From assembly GCA_044892525.1 (NCBI GenBank), contig CM097885.1, forward strand, positions 32,428,001-32,492,000: a stretch of 64,000 bases of DNA, in the 5' to 3' direction. Shown in pieces: positions 49,880 through 64,000 of the stretch. Under the pieces are notes generated by a model. That model had not been told where the DNA came from. It did no database searches and saw nothing but the letters and a program-made list of their open reading frames with translations. Both the position numbers and the translations under genes were made by a program. This DNA comes from Schmidtea polychroa (lineage: Eukaryota). Every line of letters starts with the position of its first letter. The first letter of the stretch is position 1.

Positions 49880-50350
49880 TTATATTAATATTGGAATAAC
49901 GATTGATTCATGTTGCAAAATGTGGAAAGAAAATGTTACCGAACATGTTAAAGTAGATGAGATTGCATTTCGTAAATTACTTGAATTTGCCACGTTGAAT
50001 GTGAATTTTCTCTTTAAAAATGAGTGGTACAAACAGGCAATGGTGTAGCTGTGGGTTTCCCTTTGGCTCCAACAATGGCATTTATTTTCATGTCAAGTTT
50101 AGAAAAAAAGATTCCATCATACAATTTAACTAACCAACTGTGTATAAACGTTATATTGATGATATTTTTTAGTGTTTGAAAATCGTTAGCATGATACCGT
50201 TTTTGGATCCGCTTATTCAACGGAAGGAAAAAGACGATCAGACGAGAAGCGACTGATACTGGTCTTTATACTATCCCTGAAAGCTTTTGTAAATATAAAT
50301 ACATGCGAAATATGGTGAGAGGATTAGTTTTTCGTGCATGGTTTTCATGC
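49880..50350 (+). pseudogene. Penelope-like reverse transcriptase remnant
   Basis: WYKQ.NGVAVGFPLAPTMAFIFM, YKRYIDDIF and ATDTGLY across frameshifts. Confidence 0.75.
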
Positions 50351-51451
50351 ATATTATCTTGAGCAAATGACAAAAATGACCGTTGATAAATAAATGATGA
50401 ATATTCATGATCCTTGCACAGATAAATATGAGGGTAATGATCCAATTTTTGATGTTGAAGTTAATAAGTTGTCAGGTTTGGAAGATAAAAAATATAAAAA
50501 ATAATTGAAGAAAAAACGAATGAAATCTAGTATACTACTAAAAAAGTAATACTTTTTAAAAATAAGTCCAACTAGTCAAAAGTTTGAGGTTTCCTTCTCA
50601 ACATAATTGTTAACACTTTCATAAGGCAGATACCGTTTTATTTAATCAGGTTGGTGAATTATACTGAAAAGTTGTGTATTTTTATTTTTACTATTAGTCT
50701 ATTATTAGACAACTTGTCATATTTATTTTGTAACTTCTTTTACTATCATCTGTATTTGAATTATTACATTTACATTCGAATTTAATTTACCAAATCTGAA
50801 AATCCCGATTGACATTGACTTTCTAGTCATCATTGCTGAATCTATATTTGATTTATTATCACCTCCAAATTGTCAACTTTGTTTTAATGATATATTGCGG
50901 TATCCTAAAATTAATTATTTATGATAATAAAAAATGTTTATTTAATTAATTAAATTTTTTTCTCTGAACAGCCCAAGGAACCTCGTTACGCAAATGTTGT
51001 TTGACATGTATTTTATCAGTAGGATTTAATTTCAGCAATTTAATTCGTGGAATATATTTTATTATAATTTTTTATAACTTTATACACAATTGCTCATACA
51101 TTTTATTCCATTTGCGTATAAAATGAAGAATTCAACAGATGATAAATAGGAAAATAAAAAGGATTTCAAAATACTCTTCACAAAGTATTTTCTTAATGTA
51201 TCAATATGTTTCATTTCGAATAAAAGGTATAATTAAAATGTATTTAGTTAAACAAATTTCATTGTTTTAAAATTATTTAGCACTAGAACTACCAACATTT
51301 TATGTATATCTAGTTGTATCAATCCGTCAATTTGACAGATGTATAAAAAATGGAATTAATAAAAAAATTGTGAATAAATAAAATTCATTATTTATGGTAA
51401 TTTAAAATTAAAAAAAGTAATCATTCAGATAAAGTATATAAGGAATAACAA

Positions 51452-52251
<800 letters not shown>

Positions 52252-52479
52252 TATATATTTCGTGCATTTAAAACAAATAGAATTTGTTTTATTTTTATTG
52301 CATAATTTTCACTGCATATTTTTTTTAGAGTTTTCCGAAGTCGAATCAATGGACTCTATATTTCATTTTACTAGCTGAGTAGATTTTGATCTTTTGGTAT
52401 ATGTAAATTCGTTAGCAAGCTCTTCAGATAATTTGTATTTTTAGTTATATTTTCGTCAGTAGTATCTTTATATAGTCTC

Positions 52480-52760
52480 TACGAAAATGACCATCTACAA
52501 AAACTTGCTTTTACACTGTACTTGCGAGCCATTTGGTCAATAGCGTCTACTTCGAACTTAGTTTTCTTATAGAATTCGACAGTTTCATGTAAAAGTTTAT
52601 AATAGTTGGCAATCTTCACAGTTGTATTTTTGGAACTTAGAAGTAATATTTTTTCTTAGGTTTGAATTTGTAAATAGTGAGAACTATATTATCAGATTGT
52701 AATAGTATGGTTTCATGCCGAGCCATGTTATGCTTTTTTACTGTTACCATTTTCAAATAT
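52480..52760 (-). pseudogene. piggyBac-like transposase remnant
   Basis: ETVEFYKKTKFEVDAIDQMARKYSVKASFCRW resembles the piggyBac YNxTKGGVDxxDQ...RRW motif. Confidence 0.7.
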
Positions 52761-55700
52761 GCAATTTCTGTAATAAATATCATTATCTAACTAAACTCAT
52801 CAGCTAAGTAAATGCATAATACCTAAAAGCAATTTTTTTTCATTTTTTGGGATTCCACGAAAATCCTAAAATGTCAAAATAAAATACTAAAATTTTATTT
52901 TTTACTAAAGGCTTTGGTTTTTCATTCCAATGAATGAAAATTCGGCTCATATGTCTAAGTACAAAAACAAAATGATTAGTTCCGTCATTTTGACGGGCTA
53001 GTAAAAATAGGTATATGTTAGGTTGTTCCTTAACATTTAAGGGTTGATAAACAAGAGGAAAGTTAATTTGTGAGTACGTTGGTATCATATTAAAAGTATT
53101 CATAAATTTTCAAAACAATAATAAATTTTATGCCTAGATATACCAATCCATCAGTTTTAATGTTAAAATTGATTATTTATGGAAGTTTGATTTATGAAAT
53201 GTAATTTTGTGATTTCCTTTATAATTTTTAAAAATAAAATCCCAATATTATATCGAATAATATTTCCAATTATTAAAATTTATAAATGTTCATTGTAAAA
53301 TTATTAGATGTTAGAACTGAATTATTAACATACTTTATTTAAACAAAATAAAATTAATTGATTAAAAATCTCAATTAATAAAAAATTTAAAATTTTCTTT
53401 TAATTAAAAGAAATTAAAATGGTTTTAATTGCTATCTCTCGAGGCGAATCTATATTTGTATTTTTTTACAATTTGAATAAAATTCAGCATTTAATAAGAG
53501 ACTAAATTATTTGATTGAAATTTATAAATGCGACCGATTAAATAATACCTATTTAATTATCCTCGTTCATTTTTGATTTTGTTTCGCAACCTACACAAAA
53601 AACATAACATAAAATTTCTATTTCAAACAACTATTATATGTATCCTAACCTTTTCATTAGCACTATATCTTGAAAAAAGTTTTCTTGTTTTAATTTTAAT
53701 TCACAACAGTAGGTATATGATGTTTATTTGAAGTACGAATAAACGAAAATTTAAACAAAATCAGTGAAATTATATAAATTCAAAATTTTGAGGAAGTAAA
53801 ATCCAAATTTAATTAAAAGAAATAATTAATTCGCCGAGATTAAATTGATTAATTGATGAAATGTTAACTTTATATATATCATTTCCTTTTAGAAATGATT
53901 TAAATTGGTTACTCAAAATTTCTAGAAAATATAATTTCCAAAAATCTAAAAATGAAATCTAAGAATATTTTGTAATAAAACACATTTATTGATAATCAAT
54001 TACAAACAATCAATTTTAGACTATTGAAAGTATAAAATTAAAATAAAATTAATTTTAGTAAATAAAGCAAGAACTAATTTTAATATTATTAGTTGAATAA
54101 TTTTAAAATATACATATATAAATATTTTAAATTTCTTTTTTTTTGAAAATAAGTAATAAAACTTGTTGTAGGATTTTATCTGATAACAATATTTATTTAA
54201 TAAATCTCAATCCAAAATATATAATAAATGAAATGTAAGTATTGTTAATGATTCAGATCATTCATACACACTTATTTATTTTTATAATTGTACACACAAA
54301 CATTTCCGCATCAGTCATCACACATCAAGGTCATAGTAATTTGATTAGATAATTGACTTATTATCGAATATTATTATTTCATTTATTTCATCATCATTTT
54401 AAAGATTTTAAATTTTACATATCGAATAATTTGAAAAACAAAATAAAAGCAAAATAATGAAATAAATCCCACAAAATATTAGATAAAATCGGTTCAACTG
54501 AAGTTTATGTAAGAAAAAGTATTGCCAAATCAGTTACATTTCACCATTGACTAAGAATTCTGCTACATTTTTATTTGCAAAAAATACAATTTTATTAAAA
54601 ATAACTGTGTATGCAACTCCACCGAAAGCAGAACCAAATTTCAAATAACAAAAAATACCTTTGATTATTTTTAATAAATACATGAAATAAAGTGAGAATT
54701 TGTAATTTCAATTTATTTTAAAAGTTTTTTTTTTCACTTGTTTACTATTTATGATCAAATTTTATAATCTAATTTTGACTCACTTTCACACTTTGATTAC
54801 CTTGAAATTAATTATATACATCCATTGCTTCATTTACGGCGGAAATGTTCCACAGAAAACCGTGTAGAAATAGAAATAGAATGCATTAAAAAATCGATGA
54901 TTGGTTCCCTAAATTTAGAAAACCATACTAATGAAAATGTGTAAGAAAATAAATAAAATAAAAGCCAAATAAATAAATTCTGGAAATATTTTTATTACAA
55001 TATTACAAAAATACATGTTTGATCCGGCATTTGACTACGCAAGTGTTCAAACAACAGATGAGACACGTATACAGCTTTTTTTGGCGTTGGTAAAATTGTT
55101 AAGCCCACACCGTATGCAATTTGGTGCAGTTTATTCAAACACGCGACGCAATAACGCGCAAAATGGAAAATAATTAATTAATTAATTCTGGGATTTGTGC
55201 TAAAAAAAGATATAGTTAAGATATGTATTCATTCATATAAATTCATTCTTTTTTGGACTTTGTTATTTCAAAATCACGTAAAAACCATGTAAAAGTTAAG
55301 TGTATACAATAAAATTATATTTTAAGGTTAAAATATAAAACAATACAATAAATATTAAAAAATATTATACAGTTGTAATTATTTTAATTTATACACTTTA
55401 AAAATACTAAAAATTTTAAAAATAAATAAATAAAAATATTTAAAACTAACTTTAACTAGAATATGTTAAAAGGAGAAAATAGAATTATGAATTCGTCTAG
55501 CCTCAGCAAAATTTGGATAAAAGAGAGGTACGGATGTATAAAATATTAGAGTTATACAATACACTTATATATTTTTGTAAATGAAATTACTTAGTATATA
55601 TTCTTCAGCTTTGAGCCAAATTTAAAGGTCTATGGAGCAAGAAAATTGAATGATGTAGAGGTAACCCTGGTATAATTATGACCTTAGTTCAAAGCCAAAT

Positions 55701-56762
55701 ATTTTGGAAAATGTCTTAAATTTAAGAGCAAAGACTGTTTCACCATTAATTAATAAAACTCTTATTTATACTATTTATTTTATTTATACTATTTATTTAA
55801 TTTATACTTTATTTATATATATTACAAACACAAGAAAGGTTCAGTTCAATCTGAAAGGAAGAATTGGAGGAGCATAAAACATCTTTAAAGAAATATGTCA
55901 TTTGATTTGTTTTGACGTGTTTAAAGTTGGCTCTTTCTACAGATATTCAATTTCTTAGAGAATATCCCATTACAAATAGAATTACCAGAGTTGATTAATA
56001 TATTTAGATATTAAAATATACCAAAATTCATGTATTTACATTGGAAAAAAATATTTTTAAAATTATCATACTTAGAAACAATAAATATTAGATGTTATTA
56101 ATTTAAAAGGAAAAAATGTGAAATCATCCCCACCATCAATATTAACAAGAATGACAAAAAACCTGCAATAAAATAATTTGTAAATTATTTTTATGCCAAC
56201 TTAGTTAAACAAATATATTTTAAATACTTGTGCATTCACTTTCTCTTAAATGTGTTGAAATTTTTATATATTTTCAATATTTCGCCAATATTTGATATTT
56301 ATTATTTCGAGTATATAATAAATTATTTATATTATTAATATAGAATACTGAACATCTACACAGAGTTGAAGCAATACGTGAAAGATTAAAATTATTGTCA
56401 CGTACTATTAGAATATTGTTAGTTTATGCATATATATAATCAAAGAAAGTTAAAATATAACATTGCTATATATTTTGACCATTTAACATTCTTCTTCAGG
56501 CTAGAAATCGTATTAACAACTACTAAATGAAAATAAGAATATTCAAACAAATTAGCAAATTATAATCGTAATCAAATTGTATAAAACTAAAAATTATTTT
56601 TAAAAAGAGCTTGAACACTATAAATCAGTAAATATATCGATGTTTTTGATATTCACGAATTCTCGGTACTGCTTTTAATGAAGTGAATTTGGAACTCACT
56701 TGAAAAAAGGTAGTGCCGAAAGTTCGTCAGTATCAAAAACATGATTTATAGTCTTCCACCTC

Positions 56763-56847
<85 letters not shown>

Positions 56848-58190
56848 GACTTCACAGGCAGTCACATTTGACAATACTGCTGACAAAAATCTTCTTGCAC
56901 AAGAAATATAGAAAGATCTCTATATTTATTTAAAAGAAGATACAAAAATTATATATGAAAACATTTAGATAACATTACTTTGTTTCTAAATATATTTGAA
57001 ATGAAAGAAGGGTATGGAGCTCGTTTATTAAAAGGATATTTTGATCCAGAGATTTTGTTCGAGAATTTAATCGAGAGAGGATTTTGGAAAAGACCAATTA
57101 CAGTGGAAAGATATTTACGAAAATAGATCGACAAGTTTCGGATTAAGGAAAAAAATGAAAGGAACTTTAAACATCTTTTAAGTACAATATAGGAACAGAA
57201 GGCTTTTGGTGTATCATTACATAATTAAAACGATTTAATATAGTTTAAAAGTAAAAACGATAATAAATACAAATTTTTGAATATTAGAGTTAAATTAGAT
57301 AAAAAATAATAAAATTTTATTTTACTGATTAATTTTATTTCATTTTCCATTCAAAAATTCCAATCATAAAATTATAATATAATCATGTTAGGCGTAATTT
57401 TCGAAAATATGAAGAAAATACATAAATTGTCCATGTTTAACAAAGCTCTGCTAATTAGCATTAATAAATAAAAATATCATTTGATACAGTTGATATATTC
57501 TTTTTTTATTTTGATTTTTCTTTGCTGATGTTTACTTTTCAATTCATTTTCTTTGTTTTAGTGTATTCGAATCTTTAATAATTTTCTTTTTATTATAATA
57601 AAGCGCCACTCAAACATTCGTTTTACTATTTATTTCGACAGTTTTCCTGTCATCATCAGGTAGGAAAGAAAGTATAGATGTTTGAACAAATTTATTAATT
57701 ATATTAAATTTTTAATAAAATTATTTTATTCTTTAAAAATTATAATTTAAATAATAAATCATTTTTTAAATTGTAGCAATTAGAAAATTATAATCATTAA
57801 AAATAATACGAAATAATTTTAAACCCGAATGATTTTATTTGGTGAGTATAAGTGAACAAAAATTTATGACATTTTTTATTTTTTTTACAAAATTTTGATA
57901 TATACACTTGACTGGATTTCCTTTTTTGTGACCTTTTAGAGTTTTTCTCAATAGAGTGTAATAATTTTTCAACTTGAGCTTAGAAACGAAATTTCATTGC
58001 ATTGGATTAAAATTTAATTAGACAGATTTTATTATCAAAAAATAACATTATTTTTCCAATTCAGATAAGATTTGTACATATTTGTAAATTTCCAACGAGT
58101 CTGTTTTTTCGTTATTTAATTCATCTTGACTTGCATTTTTGGCAGCCTTGTTGAGGTTAAAATTAAGTATTCTTTGTATAACAGCAAACT

Positions 58191-58699
58191 CGTGTACAGA
58201 CAATTTATCACGTTGACATTTTATCACGCGACATATTATCACTTTATATATTTTTAATTAATAAATACAATTTTATTAAATAAACGATTAAAAATGGATT
58301 CATTTGAATTTGGAGTTTCTTCAAGAGGAAAAGAAACAGTAATTTTTGAAAATTTTGAATATAATAAGCATCGAAACAACAAAGATGGTACTATTCAGTG
58401 GAGATGTCAGTTTTATCAAAAGTTTGGTTGTAAGATATCGAGATATTCGCAGAAGAGTGGAAACAACAGTTTCAAGGTACAGTAGGATGTTAGCGTGGAT
58501 TTTTTGAGAGCAATCGCTTTTTTATTACACGAATGAAACATTTAATTTTATTAATTTTATATTATTTTATTTTATACAATTTGTTAATTTGATTTTTATC
58601 TTACAATTATTATTCAACGTGATAGGTTGTCGCGTGATAAAATGTCAACGTGATAAAATGTCACGTGATGAAATGTCGCGTGATCAAATGTCACAAGAC
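58191..58699 (+). mobile_element. Non-autonomous MULE-like deletion derivative with a FLYWCH fragment (58294-~58435)
   Basis: SSRGK...FEY...WRC...GC; inverted subterminal CGTGATAAAATGTC repeats; near-identical flanks CAGCAAACT and CAGCAAAAC. Confidence 0.68.
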
Positions 58700-60981
58700 C
58701 AGCAAAACTAAATACCAGATGTTTGGATGCTGTTTATTTGTAATGATAATATACCGTTTATGAAACCTTTTAATTTCGTAGTGGTTTATTCGCTGTCTTT
58801 CTGAACGTTTCACATTGATTCACTGCTGTTAAAAATATACGAAGAGTAAAACAAAAGATTCTGATATTAATAAATTCGAAAAATTGAATAAATTTGAAAG
58901 ATTTTGTAAATCTTTAACTGCTGCCCACATCCTAAAAAAGGCACATTAGCATATTACCTGCCCCACATAGTAGCTAGTAATCTTTCATTAATAAAATTTT
59001 TGACTCCCTTACAATAAATTTTATAATTATTAAATTATGTCTCATTGCTCAACATTGAAGCATACATTTGTCCAAATTTATTGTAAAATTAATTTTCAAT
59101 GTGCATTAGGTAATTTTATTGTTTATTTACTAAAGAACACAATGATTCTTTAATTAACCGACTATTAATTGGATATAATTAAGGTGACCAGATTATTAAA
59201 AAAGAAATTATTGTTAATTAAGAATAAAGTTATTAAAACATTTTTATGAATTATAATAATATTTTTCATTTGAATGAATTTTCTTCAATAATTTATTGAT
59301 TTCTTTTAAAACATTACAATGGCATTCATGTGTCTGGTGGACATTTCTACTACTGACAAAGTTTCTATATACTGACCCCAGTACCAGGGTATTAGGGATC
59401 ATCAAAAATAAGTATTGTACTTCCGAAAGTAGTGATTCTGGTCGACTTAATTAATTAATGTTAATTGATAATATTTATTTTTATTTTATTTTTCCATATT
59501 AAATTTCATAATAAAAAGGTGCAAAGATACAAAAATATATTTTAACAATCAATAATTGTAGGAAATATTCAATATAGTAAATTCATTCTTTTAATATAAT
59601 TAATGACTGAATTCATGAAATTGACAACATATTTAAAATATTGTTTTAATAAAACAATTAGAAAGATTATTTTAAAACAAATCAACGAAATGGATTAATT
59701 AGTTTCAAAACTTTTTCAAATGAGGATGTTTTTCAGGCATTTATTGTAAGATGTAACTATTCAAAAGAAATTAAGTAAATTGCTTGAATTTTTTATTAAT
59801 TAAAACAAATTAATTATTAATGATGAAATAATTTGATTATTGATTTTAATAATGAGAATAAACTTCAAACAAATTAAATTTTGAAATTGAAGAATTGAGT
59901 AAATTAGATGATATTTTGTTTATTTTGCATATCTTAAATTTAATAATCATTGCAAAATTGTTATAAATAATCACTCCATAAAAGTGAAAGACGACAGAAA
60001 TCGTATTTAAAGGTATTTATCTTAAAGAAAACATTCACTAAAAATCATTATTGCGAATGATCTCAGTGAAATCTTCAAGTGGTAAATTGTTACATAAAAG
60101 CCTAAAATGGTATAATGTTAATAATAAAAGGAAAAGAAAACTTGCCGTAAATGGCGAGATTAATTACAATAGACACCAGCATTTACTATTACTCAGAATC
60201 CAAATGTAGTATTATGCCTGTTTTCACGAAACTATATCTCAGAAATCAAGAACAAAATTCAAGATCAACTACCCGGGACAATTGGACTTGACAACTGACG
60301 CCTTTTCTCGTGGGGCTCCTATATTTGATACTCAATCTCGAAAAACAATACTTAGTCATCAAGAAATAACAGAAATTGTTGATTACTGCATGTTAAAAAC
60401 TTCAGTATTTTTAAGATAATTCTATAATATGCCAATAATAATATAGTAATTGAATTTGAAGATTTTTAGAATGTTTATAGACAATTTTTTGATATGATGT
60501 ATAAACAAAAATTTAGATGTTTACATGAAAATGTCCTTACTTAAAATTTCATAAATGGCATCTAATATCTCATATTTTACAACATTCATTTTTATTCAGA
60601 TGTGCCAATTTTTTTAACATTTATAATATTTCTCTTGTAAATGAATTAATTACAATTTAATATCATTTAAAATATCTATTTATTTTTATTTACTTTTTTA
60701 ATTTTTATTTATAAAGAAAATGTGAATGTTGAGAATCAAATAATTTATTTTTGAGAGATATTGCTCATTATCATCTTCTATAATCACAAGTCTTCATTAT
60801 TTATTATTTATTAAAATAGAAATTTTTATCTTGAAAACTTTAAAAATCTATCTTTCCCAATCGTGCCTTTTTTAAAACAACGGATTAGGTTTTCTTTTGA
60901 AATGTTTCACTACATTTCTATTCAATAGATACTATTTGACATTTCGTTATTTAATTTTTACTTTTTACCTTTTTATTTTAA

Positions 60982-61022
<41 letters not shown>

Positions 61023-62896
61023 GCTTTTATTAATTTTTATTTTATTTGTTTTAAATGACTTTTGAATATTAAAATTAAAATTAAAAATTAAACTGTTTCA
61101 TTAATTACTTTTTAGTTGTAACATGAAGATTGATAAAATTCTACTCCATTAAACTACAGTTAACCAACTGGAACTTTGTCGTCCTTCATTGCCTGATTAA
61201 ATTGTATAAATTGTACCAAGGCATAAAACGTTTCTCCAATCTACAATTGAAGATATAAATAATAAATTATATACCATTCAAATGAAAATTAAATCCCATA
61301 AATAAAGCCAGCAAAGAGATTCGTAATAAACGGATTCTAATTTCCCATTATTAATTTTCTTTTAAATTTTGTTGTTTTTGTTATAATTTGTTACATTTAC
61401 AAATTTAATCATTTTTTCTTTAATTAACAATAATAATAATTAATAATAATAATTTATTATGAGTATTGAATACTAGTAAAATTTAGAAATAAATGATTAA
61501 AATATTTTTTTTGAAAATATTAAATTTAAATGTTAAAAAATTCTCAAAATAACATTAGTTTAAATATTCTTGTTTTAAACAAAAATGGATAAAATTAAAA
61601 AATTCTAGGGTACAATAAATTAATTTAAATTAAAAAAATTTATAAATTATTTACATTCCAGTATTTGATAGATACTTTTGAGATTTCTAATATTTTTATT
61701 GATAATGGGATCCTTATAGAACAAAATACAGAATTTTAGTTGACTTTTTTTTTAACAAATTCAGGCATGTTACTGGCTTGCTTAATTTATTTATTATTTA
61801 TTTAACTTCAAATTTCGAAGTTTTTTTGGACCCCTAAATTGTTTGTCATAGTCACAAAAATAATATAAAATTCAAAAGATTCAAAAATTTAATTAAATAT
61901 TATTAAATATTATTAGTTAATTAAATATTTGTTGGCATCATCAATCATTTCATTTGGAAACAAAATATCCGAGTTTGCAGGAATAAATAACGGTCTGTCA
62001 AACAACGGCAAGATAATTGAACTTCATGCTTGCTGATTTACAGAAAACTACAGAATAGATATAAATTGATGTGGCCAGAGCCTGTCAGAGCTAATTTGAG
62101 GCCCAGATCAAGCAACATACGTAGCCCACTATCTAATGAAAAAAATTTCAAAATTGTTCTGTTTTGCCAAAAATATTTATGAAAGTAAAAAATGTAATTC
62201 AAAATATAAAAATACAAAAACGAAATATAGGAAATATTTTAAATGGCGCCTTTCGAGTTTTTAGATTTGCAAACGAACTTTTTAATTCGGAATATTCCAC
62301 ATTTTTGCAGTTTCACAATTAATATTTAGAGTTACCAAACAATTGACACGATTCTGGACCATTGCTACGCTAACTGGCAAGATTATAAATATTCTTAGTG
62401 CAATAGCAATATTTGGATATATATTTAAAAAACTCATTTCAATCTTTTAAAGGCTTACACGGATTCGTGCAGCCTTTACAATTTTATTTATTCACTTTTA
62501 AGAAATTTAAATTCTTCTAACGTATATTACCAAATAGTATCACTACACCTAATAGTATCATTAATACTATATTTAGTGATACTATTTAAATAATATCACC
62601 ATATTAAAACATTGTATATGGAGTGTATATGGAGTGGAGTTCTGTAAGGCGTGGATTTCTTCAAACACCGAATCCCGATTAAATAACGAGTCTATACTTG
62701 ATGAAAATGATTATTATGAGGACGTTGAGTATTTGGATGATGATGATGAATAAATTTTTGATAATTATCTAAACTTATTTTTTATTAAAATGACCAAAGC
62801 ACTGAATAATATCACTATACTAACTCTAATATCTAATATATTTTTTTTTGGTGATATTATTTTTATAGTATCACTGATACTATTCGGTGATATCCG

Positions 62897-62983
<87 letters not shown>

Positions 62984-64000
62984 GGCTGAAACGGAGAACT
63001 GACAGTTTGTTTTAATCGATCGAAAATACCTAACACAAAAACCGCAAAGTTGAAAAAATTTATGATCAAGGTTTAATATAAAATAAATAAAATAAATTAC
63101 ATAGAACATTAAGAATCAATAAGTATAATAGAATAAAGAGATAAATAATAAATAAATTTAACAAAAAAAATTGAACACTTAAAAATTTCGATAGAAAAAT
63201 AATAAAATGTAAAATAGAATTATTTAAAAATTATTTAAACGATATAAAAATTAAATCGTTAAAATAATAAAATTAGTCAACATTATGTAAATTGTAAAGT
63301 TTATAGAATTTAATGGTTAGAATTATGTAACTTATTAAATTTAAAGAATAAGTGTTTAAATTAATAAAAATTAAAATAACTAAAATTATTTAAATTATAA
63401 AATTTATAAAATTAAATTATTAAAATTAATAAAAAATTAAATAATTAATTAATTAAATCAATTAAATTTTAAAAAAAATAAATAACTGCACACACTCATG
63501 CATAGACGCAAAATTAATTCAAAATTTCTCGCACTCTAATTGGATAGAGTAGAAGAGGTTGCATGAATGCACATTTAAAATCAGTATAAATACTGATTAC
63601 AAATTCATTTGAAAAAACGAAACTACTACTTTTTTCAACACCACAACTTGATTTTCAGACAGTAAACATATGCTCTCAGTTTTCGATTGAAGACCACAAA
63701 TAATCTAAAAACACCATACATAGTGAATAATGACGTAAGACCTTCTATCGGCCGTCTAGAACCCGAAGAGAAAATACAATGGGGAGTGTACACAAATGGT
63801 TGAAAGTAAAATAGTCATGGAGGTGCTTAGGAAGAGTCGAGTGAATACATATGATTACCCCTAACGTATTTAAAATTTAAAATGACACACCCCTAAGTAC
63901 CCAACAATATATATTCGTGTAAGCCCATCTATTAATGATTCAATGATCTCATTAAAAATCTGGTTTTGAAAATATACTTCTGCAGTTACTTGATCTTTTA

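Noticed and set aside
52800..64000. Host gene exons or RNA genes
   Set aside because: Only short low-complexity ORFs; no recognisable protein, tRNA or rRNA. Small exons cannot be excluded by eye.

Overview
AT-rich eukaryotic (probably invertebrate) genomic DNA with very short (33-50 nt) GT-AG introns; no host gene could be identified. The first 50 kb is a cluster of Polinton/Maverick-type (adintovirus-like) elements. Element 1 (<1 to ~13840, core genes on -) and element 2 (~13845 to ~27285, core genes on +) are divergent relatives lying head to head with the same core order: packaging ATPase, pX-like core protein, integrase, minor capsid, pVI-like protein, major capsid, adenain protease, pPolB. 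Both carry a TATA-binding-protein-like gene next to a Cys-rich gene, and they share spliceosomal intron positions. Element 2 also carries a spliced Bcl-2-like gene, and element 1 a possible death-domain gene. Element 3 (37726-49681) is a 12-kb palindrome: two ~5.8-kb inverted arms, each holding only a six-intron pPolB gene, around a 359-bp spacer, with AGTAGT termini and a perfect 6-bp target-site duplication. Also present are a decayed Gypsy element with a nested solo LTR and remnants of Penelope, piggyBac and MULE elements. All splice models and family calls were made by eye from motifs, with no database searches; some 1-bp frameshifts could be sequencing errors.
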